A stretch of 63,313 nt of DNA, filler included, from Chiloscyllium plagiosum (taxonomy: Eukaryota): the NCBI RefSeq assembly GCF_004010195.1. It is 6 parts of one record of this genome, joined end to end, with 100 filler letters (N's around TTAATTAATTAA, not from the genome) between each part and the next. Parts side by side here need not be neighbours in the genome. Positions count along the whole stretch, not along the records: positions 13,870 to 32,378 come from NC_057717.1; positions 32,479 to 45,260 come from NC_057717.1; 4 more parts are not named here. One strand, given 5' to 3'. Shown in pieces: positions 23,611 to 36,830 of this stretch (its first letter is position 1; each line of letters opens with the position of its first letter). Both the position numbers and the translations under genes were made by a program. The notes below the pieces were generated by a model. The model saw only the letters and a list, made by a program, of their open reading frames with translations. It did not search any database and had not been told where the DNA came from.

Positions 23611-25559
23611 CCATTGAATTCAGTTATTACAGAAGATTGAGTCTGTTCATGAATAACTTTTTTTCCTGTATTACAACCTTTTGTTTTCCAAATAATCTTT
23701 GGAAGAACAAAACTAGCGGTTAGTAAAATATCTTAAAATGGGATGCATCCATCAAATCTCTCAAATCATCTCTATAACATAACTTTGTCATTAAAGTACG
23801 AGATCTCTCAAATCATTTTGTAAATTCCCGTCCTGAATTGATGGTGGTGGATTTTGGAAACTCCTTTAACTGGTGGATGTTTAGCACTCAAACCAACAGA
23901 TATATTTTTTTATCCTGAATGTCTCTCAACATGTGTTTTTGTCATCTCATTTTGCAGAGAAATGGTAGTAATGAAAACTGAAGTGTTTCTCTGATTCCAG
24001 TTCTTTCCTATCTTCTCTTTTACAAGATCCAGCCGTAGAGTTTAAATTGAAGGACAATGAAATTGCTTCAGAGGTGAATATTATTGAGCAGTCATCGATA
24101 ATTCAATACTGAACTTGCTTTGCTGTGGTTCATTGGTCAGGCCCTGGTGTGATCCCTTTAGTGTGGATCTGAATCCATGTCCATCCATTGCTCTGTTGCA
24201 TCCCTGTTCTCCATGACAATCTCTTTAACATTGTCCAACCCACGCCACCTTTTATAATGTGGAATTTAATCCGATGTGATAGTTTATTGTTATTCCTTCA
24301 AGTCATGATCAAATAAGGGTTTCATCACTGCATGTCCCTGAACAATGTGCTGTAAATTTATTCCACTCATATATATGGTCTCCCTCACAAACATAACTCA
24401 GACTTTCCTATGTTCCTGCTTGCTTTTATTCTTCATGCTCCCTCTTACACACTGTATACCCTTCCCTGTTTTTTCCACCCCAATTCCCCTACCCTGTCTT
24501 ACCTCCCCCACAACCCCTTTCTCTCTCTTTCATCCCTGAGAGGCCCGAGTCTTTTCTCGGTCCAGAGCCTTCCTTGATGCATAATTTTCAAAGAGTGACA
24601 TAGAACATAGAACATATTGTTACATAGAACAATACAGCAGAGGAATGAGCCCACGATGTTTTGTTTAACATGCCGCCCAAAATCTTCTGTGCAGTCAGCC
24701 TGAAACCAAACGGTGTTAGCCTGACAGTAAGTCGGGAACATGCTGGACTGTATTATAAAGGATATGACAATAAATGATAACTGGATGCTTAGAAACAATG
24801 GGAGACACATGGTTTTATAGAAGCGGAATATTTTTAAATATGTTGGATTCTATATTTTGGTGTGAGCATAAGTGGCAGAATAGATAAGAGCATGGGAGGC
24901 TATTAGTGGTGGGGGATATTTGAAATTTCAGAGGCATTTTGACAAGTTTCAACGGGGCTAAAGTATAGAGGGAGAGAATAGAGCCTCTGAAAGGTCAATG
25001 AGGCCGTCTATGTCAATCAGAGTTGATGGGGGAGATCTGAAAACAAATTGTTAGGATTTACTGTGGGGAATCCAGGAGAAAACAGCACAAGGAGCGCGCT
25101 GTCAGCCCAATGCCTCACCCACCCCCTCCCCACGGCCACCTTCTTACCCAAGTGTAACAGAGTCTGTGGGAGGCCGCATCGGTCTGTGCATGCACCGACA
25201 GACTCCCCGTAAGAGAGTCAGCAATCTGTGACCATCACCAATGTGATGATGGGAGAGGCAAGTTGAATCCCCTCTCAATTATCCCAGTGCCTTTGTTACA
25301 AATTCAAATAATTCCCTGGTAATGTAGTGTCTCACAATGCAATGTTGTAAAGGAGCCTTAACACTGCCCTTTCACTTCTGTGTCCTGACACTTATTACCC
25401 ATAATTTGGTCGACGACCGATTGATAATCTAAGGCCACATATTTTCTTCATCATCCCATTGTTATCCACCAATGTACCATCCAAATAACACAGCTGAGTT
25501 CTCCCTGAGAACTGGTAGCAGTTCCCGCTGCATCAGACCCACTTCTTCTGATACCATGG

Positions 25560-26210
25560 TTTGATTCTGAAAACCTGCTGCACTCTGGTGATATCACTCA
25601 GTATCTCTCCATGTGGTATCCCTCATTGTGTGGGTCTAATTTCTGCCTCTATCAGCACCTCTCACTCCTCAATTTGGTCTGAGATACTGAGCCAACAGAA
25701 TTCTCCACTCCAGAGAGATGCAGCAGCACAGACCAGGGATGGAGACAGGGAATTCCCAGGTCTCTGTTGAACTCCGTGCTACTCTACACGAGTCTTCCTC
25801 ACTGCCTCAGTCTAATTTCCCATTCTGTCTGTTTCTCTGTCTCCTGTAGGTAATCAGGATGTTCCTGACTTAGCTGAATTCTTAATTCCCGTCCATTACC
25901 ATATTGAAGGCAATTGGTCGGCCAGAGAGAGATGGAAGGATGGAGAGTGAGATCTGGAGCCTTCAGTAAATCCTGCAGCCGGTAAGATCACTCACAGTAA
26001 ACAGCACAGGGAGGAGTTAGTGGTCTTCACTATTCAGAACCGGAAGACAGGACATAGACACAGTGCTGGCCAAGGACCATCAACACCCTAGGCTTCATTC
26101 CTAGCATCTTGTGAGAGTCCTGCTCTTACCTCTGCTGTACTGGTCCTCACTGAGACACCACAGAGCATCTCAGGAATACATCCTGGCCCATGCTGTATTA
26201 GTGATCTCTG
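25560..26210 (+). promoter_or_regulatory. Repeated non-coding module, copy 2 of 3
   Basis: GGGAATTCCC 25748-25757, TCAGGATGTTCCTGA ~25854, ATTGG ~25913, GTAAGA donor at 25982; colinear with 6003-6690. Confidence 0.5.
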
Positions 26211-26805
26211 TAATATCCTCAAGTCCCGATAATCCTTCCTCCTTTTGGAATCTCCTCTTATCCACATAATGCTGTCTGTCTCTGTTAGGTTTTCAAATCC
26301 CTGACACCCTAATCCTTACGTTTTTCCAGTAGATACTAAATTCCTTCATCACTGTAAACCACGACAGTGCTGTGTATCCCTGTTAGCTCTTTCTAACAAC
26401 ACCATCCTCCAGATCAATGTTTTTGTCCTTAACATCTTCATCTGTCCCTATCTGTGCCAACTTCTCGAGCTTCTACAATCCTTCCTTTGCTGTGAAAAAA
26501 TCGTAATCTCCTTACCCTTCACAAATTCTTCGATCTTAATCTATTTAAAATTCACCCTCAACCCGCCCACCCCCACCAACCCTGCCGACTAACGGAACCT
26601 CTTTCAGTTTTTGCAACCGACAACATCTGTGTAATTGTCTCCAACCCAGCAACCTGGCATTCTCCATTGTCCTCCTATCTACGTCGCCTCCAGAGCCTCG
26701 AAGCCTTCTTATATTTTTAAACGTCTTCAGTCACTACGACCTTCCATATTTCTGTAAGTTTATACAATTCTCTTCTCCCTGAAACACCCTGAAACTCCCA
26801 GACAG

Positions 26806-28200
26806 CTATAGAGCAGTGAGCCTGATGTCAGTAGTGGGCAAGTTGTTGGAGGGAATTCTGAGGGATAGGTTGTACATGTATTTGGAATGGCAAGGACTGA
26901 TTCGCAATAGTCAATTTGTTCGTGGGAAATCATGTCTCACAGACTTGATTGAGTTTTTTGAGGGAGTAACAAAGAGGATTGATGAGGGCAGAGTGGTAGA
27001 TGTGATCTATATGGATTTCAGTAAGCCGTTCGACAAGGTTTTCCATGGTAGGTTGATGAGCAAGGTTAGAACTCACGGAATGCAGGGAGAACGAGCCATT
27101 TGGATACAGAATTGCTCAAAGGTAGAAGGCAGAAGGTGGTGGTTGAGGGTAAGTTTGTGCAGGCCTATGACCACTGGAGTGCCACAAGGATCGGTGCTGG
27201 GTCCTCTACTTTTTGTCATTTACACAAATGATTTGGATGCAAGCATCAGAAGTACAGTTGGTAAGTTTGCAGATGATACCAAAATTGAAGGTGTAGTGGA
27301 CAGCGAAGAGGGTTACCTCAGATTACAACAGGATCTTGACCAGATGGACAATGGGCAGAGAAGTGGCAGATGGAGTTTAATTCATATAAATGCAAGGTGA
27401 TTCATTTTGGGAAAACAAATCTTAGCAGGACTTATACACTTAATGGTAAGGTCCTAGGAAGTATTGCTGAACAAAGAGACCTTGGATAACAGGTTCATAG
27501 CTCCTTTAAAGTGGAGTTGCAGGTAGATATGATAGTGAAGAAGGCGTTTGGTATGCTTTCGTTTACTGGTCAGAGTAATGAGTACAGGAGTTGGGAGGTC
27601 ATGGTGTGGCTCTACAGGACATTGGTTAGGCCACTGTTGAAATATTGCATGCAATTCTGGTCTCCTTCCTATCGGAAAGATATTGTGAAACTTGAAAGGG
27701 TTCAGAAAAGGTTTTCAAGAATGTTGCCATGGTTGGAGGATTTGGGCTATAGGGAGAGGCTGAACAGGATGGGGCTGTTTTCCTTGGAGGGTGAGAGGCT
27801 GAGGGGTGACCTTATAGAGGTTTGCAAAATTATGAGGGGCATGGAGAGGGTAAATAGACCAAGTCTTTTCCCTGGGGTTGGTGAGTCCAGAACTAAGATG
27901 GCAGAGGTTAATGGTGAGATGGGAAAGATATAAAAGAGACCTAAGGACAACTTTTTCACAATGAGGGAAGTATGTGTGTAGAATGAATGGCCAGAGGAAG
28001 TGCTGGAGGCTGGTACAATTGCAACATTTAAGAGGCATTTCGATGGGTATATGAATAGGAAGGGTTTGGAGGGATATGGGCCAGGTCCTGGCAGGTGGGA
28101 CTATATTGGGTTGGGGTATCTGTTTTACATGGACTGGTTAGACCGAAGGGTCTGTTTCCATTCTGTACATCTCTATGACTCTATAACTATGCCTCTATGA
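26806..28200 (+). mobile_element. Relatively young CR1/HER1 LINE, 5'-truncated
   Basis: ORFs 26816-27400 (DVIYMDFSK, GVPQGSVLGPLLF, KFADDTK) and 27511-27933; (CTCTATGA)-type tail. Confidence 0.95.
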
Positions 28201-29209
28201 CCCTATCAGTCTGCCTGCCTCTGAACTATATCTATCCCTATCCCGATCTCCGGAATCTAACCCAGCTCCCTATCTCTGTAAATACCTCCAATCCCCAAAC
28301 TGCTTTGTCCTACTGACATTCTTGACCAAATGTAACTTTGTTTAACTCAAACATCCTTGAGCCCCTGTTAGCCTCCCTATCTCTGTAACCTCTACCCATC
28401 TGGTCAACACCCACTACTGAGGAATGACTCCCTGCATTCGCCATGACGCAGATGGAATGACAGTGAACTGATATAATGGAACTGTCATTCCTGAGATGGA
28501 GCTGCAGCATCACCATCGCTGGGAACTGAATATTGAAGGGTTTTTGGGATCGAGACAGGCTAGGCAACAAACCATCAAGTTGTCAAGAAAGGATGAGTTT
28601 AATGCATTAATGAGACATTCATGTGGATCTGAAGATCAAAATTTGGAGTCTTATTTGAGTTCAGCTGAGAATAAGCAAGCAGCAGCAACTGTTAGCAGGA
28701 ATTCTTTGAGAGGCACCAGACAGGGATGGGTATGTCAATATGGTTGGATAACTAATGAGTATTAGGGCTGTAATGGATGGAATCCTGGNNNNNNNNNNNN
28801 NNNNNNNNNNNNNNNNNNNNNNNNNNNNNNNNNNNNNNNNNNNNNNNNNNNNNNNNNNNNNNNNNNNNNNNNNNNNNNNNNNNNNNNNNNNNNNNNNNNN
28901 NNNNNNNNNNNNNNNNNNNNNNNNNNNNNNNNNNNNNNNNNNNNNNNNNNNNNNNNNNNNNNNNNNNNNNNNNNNNNNNNNNNNNNNNNNNNNNNNNNNN
29001 NNNNNNNNNNNNNNNNNNNNNNNNNNNNNNCTGTTTCCACACTGTAAGTAATCTAATCTAATCTAATCTCCAGTAAAGTAGTCATCAATAAAATTGTCTA
29101 TTGCAGGTCAAACGCTATGTAATATTAAATAGCTAATAATCCCATTATAAAGGTGTTTTGTGAGCAGAGACCCATAATGTTATCCAGGACATATTGAGTT
29201 TGAGTTCAG

Positions 29210-30830
29210 ACCATGAGATGGAGGAGCGGAATTGGGCCATTTGGCCCATTGAGGATGGTCTGCCCTTCAGTCAGATCATGGTTGATCTGATGATCCTTAA
29301 CTCTATTTACCTGCCTTTTCCACAAAACCCTTGTTTTCCTGATTAATTAAAATCTGACCAAGTCTGTTGTAAATATTCTTAATGACCCAGCTTCGACAGC
29401 CCTCTGCAGTCAGGAATTCCCACAGAATCACTATCGTCTGAGAGAATACATTCCTCCTCATCTCCATCTTAAATGGGTGAGCCCTTGCTGGGATTTTCTG
29501 CCCTCTGGTTACAGATTCTCACACCATTAACATGAAAGGAAGTGACAGACATAATTATTGCAGATGGCATGAAAATTAATGGAGTTTGGGTTAATGAGCA
29601 AGGATAACTAATGTATCAGGAGGTTACAGATCAGTAGGAAAGACGTGCAGAGAAATGGCAAATTGAGTTTAAGCTGGACATGTGTGAGGTCATGTCAAGT
29701 TCAAGAAGAAAGTTAGGATACTGAGGGACATTGCTATACAGAAGGATGGTGGTGCAAGTCAGTAACTCCCTGAAAATGGTAACAGCAGTGTTTCAGATGG
29801 GAAGGAAAGCAAATGGAACACTGACCTTCATCGGTCACAACGTTGGGTATAGTGGTTTGCATCTGATGTTGTAATTGTATAAAATGTTTGTTTGTCACAT
29901 TTGAAGTATTGTGTGCAGTTGTCATCTCCGCATAATAAGAAGGATGTGGAGGCTTTGGAGAGGGTACAAAAGGGGTTTATCAGAACGTTGCCTGTTTTAG
30001 GCTTTTGAAGAGAGTATTAGGTATAAGAGGAAATTAAACAAAGTTAGATTGTTTTGTGAGAGTATCAGAAGCTGACAGGCGACCAGATACAGGAAAATAA
30101 AATTATGACAGGGACAGATAATGTGCATAGTCAGAATCTCTTTTCCAATTTGTAAGTTTCAAATAATAGCTTACCTAGGTTTAAGGTGAGAAAGAGTAAG
30201 TTTAAACAAGATTTGTGAGGCACGTTTTTTTAACATAGAGAGTGGGAGTTACTGAGGGAGGTCGAAGAAGCAGCAATATGAGCAACGCATTGAAGTGGCA
30301 TTTGGACAGTAACATGAACAGGCAGAGAATAGAGTGACATGGACTATGTGCAGGTAGATGGGACTAGTTGACAATAACATCATGGACAGCACAGCCATGG
30401 TGGGCCGAAGGGCCTATTATTGTGCTCTATTGTTCTGTTTTCTAACTTCCCAACATCTAACCTGTGAAAGCCTCCCAGAATCTTGAATGTTTCATTCAAT
30501 TTCTTTTTCATGTTTTCTGAACGTCAATGGGTTAAACCTCAATCTTCTCCACCTGTTCTCGTTAGAAAATCCCTCCATCCTCAGAATTAGCCGAGTGACC
30601 CTTCTCTGGATTGCCTCCAATGTGACAATGTCGTTCCTTAGGGAACTCAGACAGCTCATAATATTATAGGTGTGGTCTGACTTGTACCTTACCCTCGATC
30701 TCCCTCTTTTTAGACGCCATTCTCTTTGTAATAAATACCAGCATTTGATTTGCTTTCCCTATTACCTGCCAACTCTGTAAGCTAACTTTTTCATATTGAT
30801 AAACAAGAACTCCCACAAGCCTTTTTGTTG
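29210..30830. mobile_element. Mixed old CR1 fragments (minus tail 29210-29520, plus 29540-30445, minus 30480-30830)
   Basis: Recognisable CR1 RT/3' segments such as KDVEALERVQK and gggccgaagggcct tail. Confidence 0.75.
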
Positions 30831-31330
30831 NNNNNNNNNNNNNNNNNNNNNNNNNNNNNNNNNNNNNNNNNNNNNNNNNNNNNNNNNNNNNNNNNNNNNN
30901 NNNNNNNNNNNNNNNNNNNNNNNNNNNNNNNNNNNNNNNNNNNNNNNNNNNNNNNNNNNNNNNNNNNNNNNNNNNNNNNNNNNNNNNNNNNNNNNNNNNN
31001 NNNNNNNNNNNNNNNNNNNNNNNNNNNNNNNNNNNNNNNNNNNNNNNNNNNNNNNNNNNNNNNNNNNNNNNNNNNNNNNNNNNNNNNNNNNNNNNNNNNN
31101 NNNNNNNNNNNNNNNNNNNNNNNNNNNNNNNNNNNNNNNNNNNNNNNNNNNNNNNNNNNNNNNNNNNNNNNNNNNNNNNNNNNNNNNNNNNNNNNNNNNN
31201 NNNNNNNNNNNNNNNNNNNNNNNNNNNNNNNNNNNNNNNNNNNNNNNNNNNNNNNNNNNNNNNNNNNNNNNNNNNNNNNNNNNNNNNNNNNNNNNNNNNN
31301 NNNNNNNNNNNNNNNNNNNNNNNNNNNNNN

Positions 31331-31620
31331 TGAATGTGGGGAAGGACCTCTCACTGATCAAATTTACTGAGACACCAGAGAAGTCACATTGGTGAGAGGC
31401 CATTTGTACGTTCCGAATTTGGGAAAGGATGCATTTAATTCATCCATCGTACAAATACACCAATGGGTTCACAGTGACAAGAAACTGTTAAATGCCAGAG
31501 TGTGGGAAGAGCTTTCTACGTTCCCAGGAACTGAAGTCCCATCAACGTGTTCACACTGATGTGAAGTCATTCACGCGCTCTCACTGTGGGATTGGGTTCC
31601 CACTGCACATCGGCACAATT
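31331..31620 (+). pseudogene. C2H2 zinc-finger pseudogene fragment, paralog of 19787-20070
   Basis: ECGEG..., [21 protein letters not shown] fingers with the same frame disruptions as the first copy. Confidence 0.8.
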
Positions 31621-32003
31621 TAACTGCTGTATCTCCCACAACAGTGACTACACTTTACAACGACTTCAGTTGCTGTGAAACACATTCACGAATCCTGAAT
31701 TTGTGAAAATACATGTATAAAAACAAATCAATCCTTAGCAATGAATAAAAGACCCAAGAACAGGGCAGTGAATGAATATCTACCAGTCTCATCTCATGGG
31801 AGAGAAGATATAGTTGAAAAAAATGCATTTGAGGTGATTGATACCTGAAAAAATTAACACTAGTTCAAGTAAAGAGATATTTCTAGTCCAATGAAGTAAA
31901 TCACTGCTGACAGAATGAACACAGTTCAGTTCTGGATGCAATAACAGCAGAGTCCAATTACATGCGACCTCACTGGAATGTGTGTGTCATCATAGTCTTA
32001 CCA

Positions 32004-32378
32004 TTGCTTAAAAATGTGTTGCTGGAAAAGCGCAGCAGGTCAGGCAGCATCAAAGGAGAAGGAGAATCGACGTTTCGGGCATAAGCTCTTCTACAGGAAT
32101 GAGGAGCGTGTGCCAAGCAGGCTAAGATAAAAGGTAGGGAGGAGGGACTTGGGGGAGGGGCGTTGGGAATGCGATAGGTGGAAGGAGGTTAAGGTGAGGA
32201 TGTTAGGCCGGAGTGGGGGTGGGAGCGGAGAGGTCAGGAAGAAGATTGCAGGTCAAGAGGGCGATGCTGAGTCCGGGGGTAGTAAAAGACCGACTCCCAC
32301 AGCTACCTAGATCTCAGTCCCAACCCCTGGATTCAGATTCGCCCTCTTGACCTGCAATCTTCTTCCCGACCTCTCCGC
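32004..32378 (-). mobile_element. Penelope family-1 terminal fragment with internal inversion
   Basis: Reverse-strand terminus with mutated hammerhead core (~32066-32097); ~32325-32378 is the reverse complement of ~32225-32280. Confidence 0.8.
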
Positions 32379-33309
32379 NNNNNNNNNNNNNNNNNNNNNN
32401 NNNNNNNNNNNNNNNNNNNNNNTTAATTAATTAANNNNNNNNNNNNNNNNNNNNNNNNNNNNNNNNNNNNNNNNNNNNAGACTCTCTCAAAGGGGTCAGT
32501 GTCCGTGCTGTCATGACGTGTTCGCCTCCCACACGATAAATCATAGGCTCAAGCAGCTCTACTGCTGCTTTATGTTCCAGGCAAGTTGAGTTTTTTACTG
32601 GAACCGAATGGAGACTGTTATTTCATGACTGTTGTGAAACAAAGTCCTGCAGTGACTCGACTCGTCGTTATTTGATGTTCTGGCGAATGGGAAAATAATT
32701 GCGATGTCATATATTCTTAGCTTTCTCTCATTTCCTTAATTTCTGTCCTCGAGACATCGGAAGGGAAAGGTAATCTAATCGAGACTGTGATTGGTGAAAT
32801 TCACTTTTTATGCACCATTCTTATTATATTCTTTCTTGCTCTCCTTTCAGCACTGACTGGGAAGTGGTGGTGCACTAAGGCTCCAATATGTTTGAAAGAG
32901 TAGTTTGGGATTGCCCTGTTGTTAGCTGTGAGATTAGTTTATGGCTCATGCCCTCGGACTGTCTCCCATTTAGCATTCATGCTTCGCTGTGTCTGAAAAT
33001 GCATTTGGTTTGCCAGTTTTGTTTGTGTTCGTGTTAAATGTTTTCTGTTTCACGATTCGCTCAATATATTACGAGTTACCAGGATTTCTGAGGTAACCTC
33101 TTGCAGCAATCATCCTCAACTGAGGATCTGGGAATATTTCACTGAGTATGGTCAGTTGGGGGAAAAGTAAAGAAGTTTTCCGTTTTTGCAGTGTTTCACA
33201 ATACTATCTTTCCCGTGAGCAGTCGAACAGACTAAACTATTGCGCCACAGCGAGCGATGGCATGCAAGGAAAATTTGGCATTGTTTTGGAACAAGAATTC
33301 TTTAGAGGG

Positions 33310-33680
33310 AATACGAAACATGGGAGTGAGGAAGAATAAGATTTCTGAGAGAGAAATTGAAATAGGAGTGGCCGAGAATGGATGTTCTGAGAGAAAATGG
33401 GAAACAGGAGGCGGGGAGAATGGGAAATACTGTTGGCAGCATGGGAGATCTGAGGCTGAATGGAAAATATAGGTGTGAGGGTTAATGGGAATTCTGAGTG
33501 GGATTGGTATACTGGGGAGTGGGATGAAATAGAAATTCTGAGAGATAATTGGAAATGTCTGTGGCAGAGAATTGGAATTCTGAAGGGGAATTGGAAATAA
33601 AATGTGGGGAAGTATAGGAATTTTGTGAAGGCATGGGAAATATGTGTGGGCTGGGTGGATGAGCAATGGGAAATGCAGGT
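33310..33680 (+). repeat. Degenerate purine-rich tandem repeat (ggaattctgag-type unit)
   Basis: Recurrent ggaaat/ggaattctgaga(g) motifs with strong purine bias. Confidence 0.6.
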
Positions 33681-34035
33681 GTCGAGCTGGGGGAGGGGGG
33701 TCTGCGTTGGCTGGTCTTCGAAGGGTTGATGTGGACTCAAAAGGCCAAAAGGCCTGCTTTGACACTTTCCCGACTCTCTGATCATCGAGTTCTGCCCCAG
33801 CTCCGTTCTTCCACTGCAGAAACCTCGTCAATGCCTTTCTTACTTCTAGACTTGACGATTGTAATTATACTACGTGTTCAATTCCAGAAATCCGGTTTGT
33901 GAAGGATAGAACCAATCATTGCACCACTTAAGTTAATGTACATGATTATACATTGCAGGCAAAGGATGTGTATTCCTTTAATTACAGTTTTTTGAGAATT
34001 TCAATTTTAATTGCTCCATTAATTGTTCCATTATT

Positions 34036-34354
34036 GGGCGGCACGGTGGCACATTGGTTAGCACTGCTGCCTCACAGCGCCAGAGACCTGGGTTCAATTC
34101 CTGCCTCAGGCGACTGTGTGGAGTTTGCACGTTCTCCCCGTGTCTGCGTGGGTTTCCTCCGGGTGCTCCGGTTTCCTCCCAGAGTCCAAAGATGTGCAGG
34201 TCAGATGAATTGGCCATGCTAAATTGCCCGCAGTGTTAGGTGTTAGGTATAGGAGTAAAATGTAGGGGTATAGGTGGGTTGCGCTTCGGCGGGTCGGTGT
34301 GGACTTGTTGGGCCAACGGGCCTGTTTCCACAACGTAATGTAATCTAATCTAAT
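34036..34354 (+). mobile_element. Full-length HE1-type SINE
   Basis: Near-identical to 18875-19193; A/B boxes; AATCT tail. Confidence 0.95.
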
Positions 34355-35289
34355 GGAAGAGCCTTCAGTTACAAAGACAGTGACCTCTTTAACTCCTTCC
34401 CTGAACTTTGCTTCTGTCTATGTCGCTTCCCTCCTTCAATACACTCAAACTGTATGAAAGATTTCACATCTGCCCTTGGATCTCTATGAGGTTCAATAAG
34501 ATGTTTTATTCTTTTTCTGTGGAGCTACTTGGTTTGTTTTATCACATTAAAAAATTGTTGGAAATGCAAGTTTTAAAAGATAGAACAGGAAGAAACAGGT
34601 GACTGCGAAATAAAACAGTCACAGTAAATTTCAAAATTCATGACTATGATTGAAAAATTGCAACTTTAATATGTGCAGATATGATGGGTATGTACATGCA
34701 CTTCTTTAAAAAAAAACACTATTTGAAAAGGTATCATCCATGAGATTAATTGGCACGGAATTAAGGCAGGGATGGCAACCTGGATTTAAACAGAAGGGTG
34801 GAAATTTGAAAAAGGACTTGGGGAAGTTCCAGAGTGGTTCACGCAAGTCGTGGTGTCTGGTAGGGCTTGCTTCTCATGGCACTTTTCTTTTCTGTGTTAA
34901 TTTGATAATTTCATTATGTGCCTAGCATGTGGTGTTGAAAATCAGAATATTGTAAAATAAGAAGAATGATTAGTGCTTTGGAAAAGTTATGGAAGCTGTA
35001 AGGAGGTTTGAGCAGGAGCAGGAAAAGTGTACAGATGACAGGTGGAATTCTATTGGCGGGTGCGTGTGTGGCAGTGTATTTGTTTATATTTTAGAGTAAA
35101 AGTACCAGCAGCAATTGAAATTTGAGTGTGAGCAGGCCTGATGCTTTGGAACACCATGGTCATAGGGCAATAAACGTTTTACCTCAAAAGCTGTGCTGTT
35201 TATTATGGAGCGAATAGAATTCAAGAACTTAGGAAGTGAGATTGTTCAACCTCCTCCCCCCCCCCCCCCCCCGCCATAATTCTGGAAGG

Positions 35290-35482
35290 CCTAGTGGTGG
35301 TGTCACTAGTCCACCTTACCACACATCTTTGGGCTGTGGGAGGAAACTGGAGGACCCAGAGGAAACACACGTGGATACAGGGGAAATGTGTGAACTCGAC
35401 ACACAATTGCTCAAGAGAGGAACTGAACCCAGATACGGAGGGCTGTGAGGTAGCAGTGCTAACCACTGAGTCACCATGATAC
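35290..35482 (-). mobile_element. Older HE1-related SINE, 5' half
   Basis: Reverse complement reads catggtgactcagtggttagcactgctacctcacagcc...gggttcagttcc. Confidence 0.8.
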
Positions 35483-35597
35483 CCAGGAGGAGGTTTAAAA
35501 TCAATCTCTTTTCTTATCCCCCCTTCGTCCTCTTTCATAAACTGGGAAAATAATGTCAGACTGGAATTATGGTTTGCTTTCTTCTCTGGTTTTTCAG

Positions 35598-35745
35598 TCT
35601 CCTTCCTCAAAAGTCCCTGAGAGTACATCAAAGCCAGATGGCCAGTTAATCTGCCCCAGAGTCTGTGCGCATGGCAGAACTTTTCTAAAATCCCACCAAG
35701 CATCTGGCAGCTGGTCTGATCAACCTGTTTCTGCGACACAGTCAG
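35598..35745 (+). pseudogene. CEP350: CEP350-like exon upstream of the coiled-coil exon; donor damaged
   Basis: After ttttcag reads SPSSKVPESTSKPDGQ...LKSHQASGSWSDQPVSATQS vs recalled CEP350 IKSHQHCYSWSDESLSMTQS; phase-1 end fits the 37509 exon; boundary is G|GAAGA, not G|GTAAG. Confidence 0.72.
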
Positions 35746-35969
35746 GAAGAACATTTCAAACATGACCAAGATTCACAGATGTTTCCTCAAGTCATTTGGT
35801 GTGCTTCGAAATTCAAACACAATGTGCATTTATTCTTTAAAACGGAACATGGCTGAGAGTATAGCACAACATTGAGGAATGGTGATTCTCGAGCCTTTTG
35901 TTTTGTGCAAAAGTGAGAATAGCACCTGATTTGGGCTTGCTGTAGGATTCAATAAGGGAGTTTTGTTAA

Positions 35970-36255
35970 TATTTACTTGTGGACTGTGGGCATTGCTGGG
36001 TGGCCAGTATTTATTGTCCATCCATAATTGTCCACAGAGCAGTTAAGTATCAGTCAACCACATTGCTGTGGGTCTGGAGTCACATTGACACCAGACCAGA
36101 TCAGGATGACAGTTTCTTTCCTGAAACACATTAGTGAACCAGATGTTTTTTTTTTCTGAAAATCGACAATGGATTCATGGTTTTTATTAGACTCTTAATT
36201 CCAGATTTTTTATTTTATTGAATTCGATTTCGACCACCTTGCTTGGTGGGATGAT
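35970..36255 (-). mobile_element. SacSINE1/Deu-domain-like SINE (another copy ~52915-53200)
   Basis: ccacattgctgtgggtctggagtcaca...cattagtgaaccagat core typical of Deu-type SINEs, on the reverse strand. Confidence 0.65.
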
Positions 36256-36830
36256 GACATGAGTTCTGTCACATGTTTTCCCTCTAGCTTTGCTTATTAC
36301 TGTAATGTCAGCACCATTGACTCTGACAACCCAGAGTAAGTAAGCATAGGTGTGCTAGATTGTCTATTAACATCTAGTTATATTAGTTTTCTTTGGACTC
36401 TCTTGAGTTAAAACAATAAGAAATGAATACTGATACAAGCTTGATTTCATTGGTCTGTAACTTCGGTCATGTTGCATCTGTCGAAATTGGAGAAAGAATC
36501 GGACGATTTTTTCAGAAAAAAAATCCAAACAACTGAAGTATTCAACAAAGAAAATTCAACTCAAACTATTTCTGACTCTCCACCTGTATCCTTTTGCCAC
36601 TCCAGCCTCCCATTTGCTATCCTCAGCTGGTCCAAACCCTTTATATCTCAGCAGCGTATTCCAGCCTCGACTGAACCCAGCATTTACTGAGCACAAACCT
36701 GTCTCTATAAAGTTACATGTATCCTACCTCATCATGCATAACTCTCACCAACAGACTTGATAATTCCATCCTCTGCTGGTCAGATGTTTCTTCTTATACT
36801 CAATAAATGTGAGCACTTCCAAACGTCTGC

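Noticed and set aside
24026..24073. Possible extra CEP350 mini-exon (DPAVEFKLKDNEIASE followed by gtgaat)
   Set aside because: Similarity limited to EIASE; too short to support without a search.
33232..33831. 199-aa and 182-aa minus-strand ORFs
   Set aside because: Low-complexity repeat translation with no recognisable domain.
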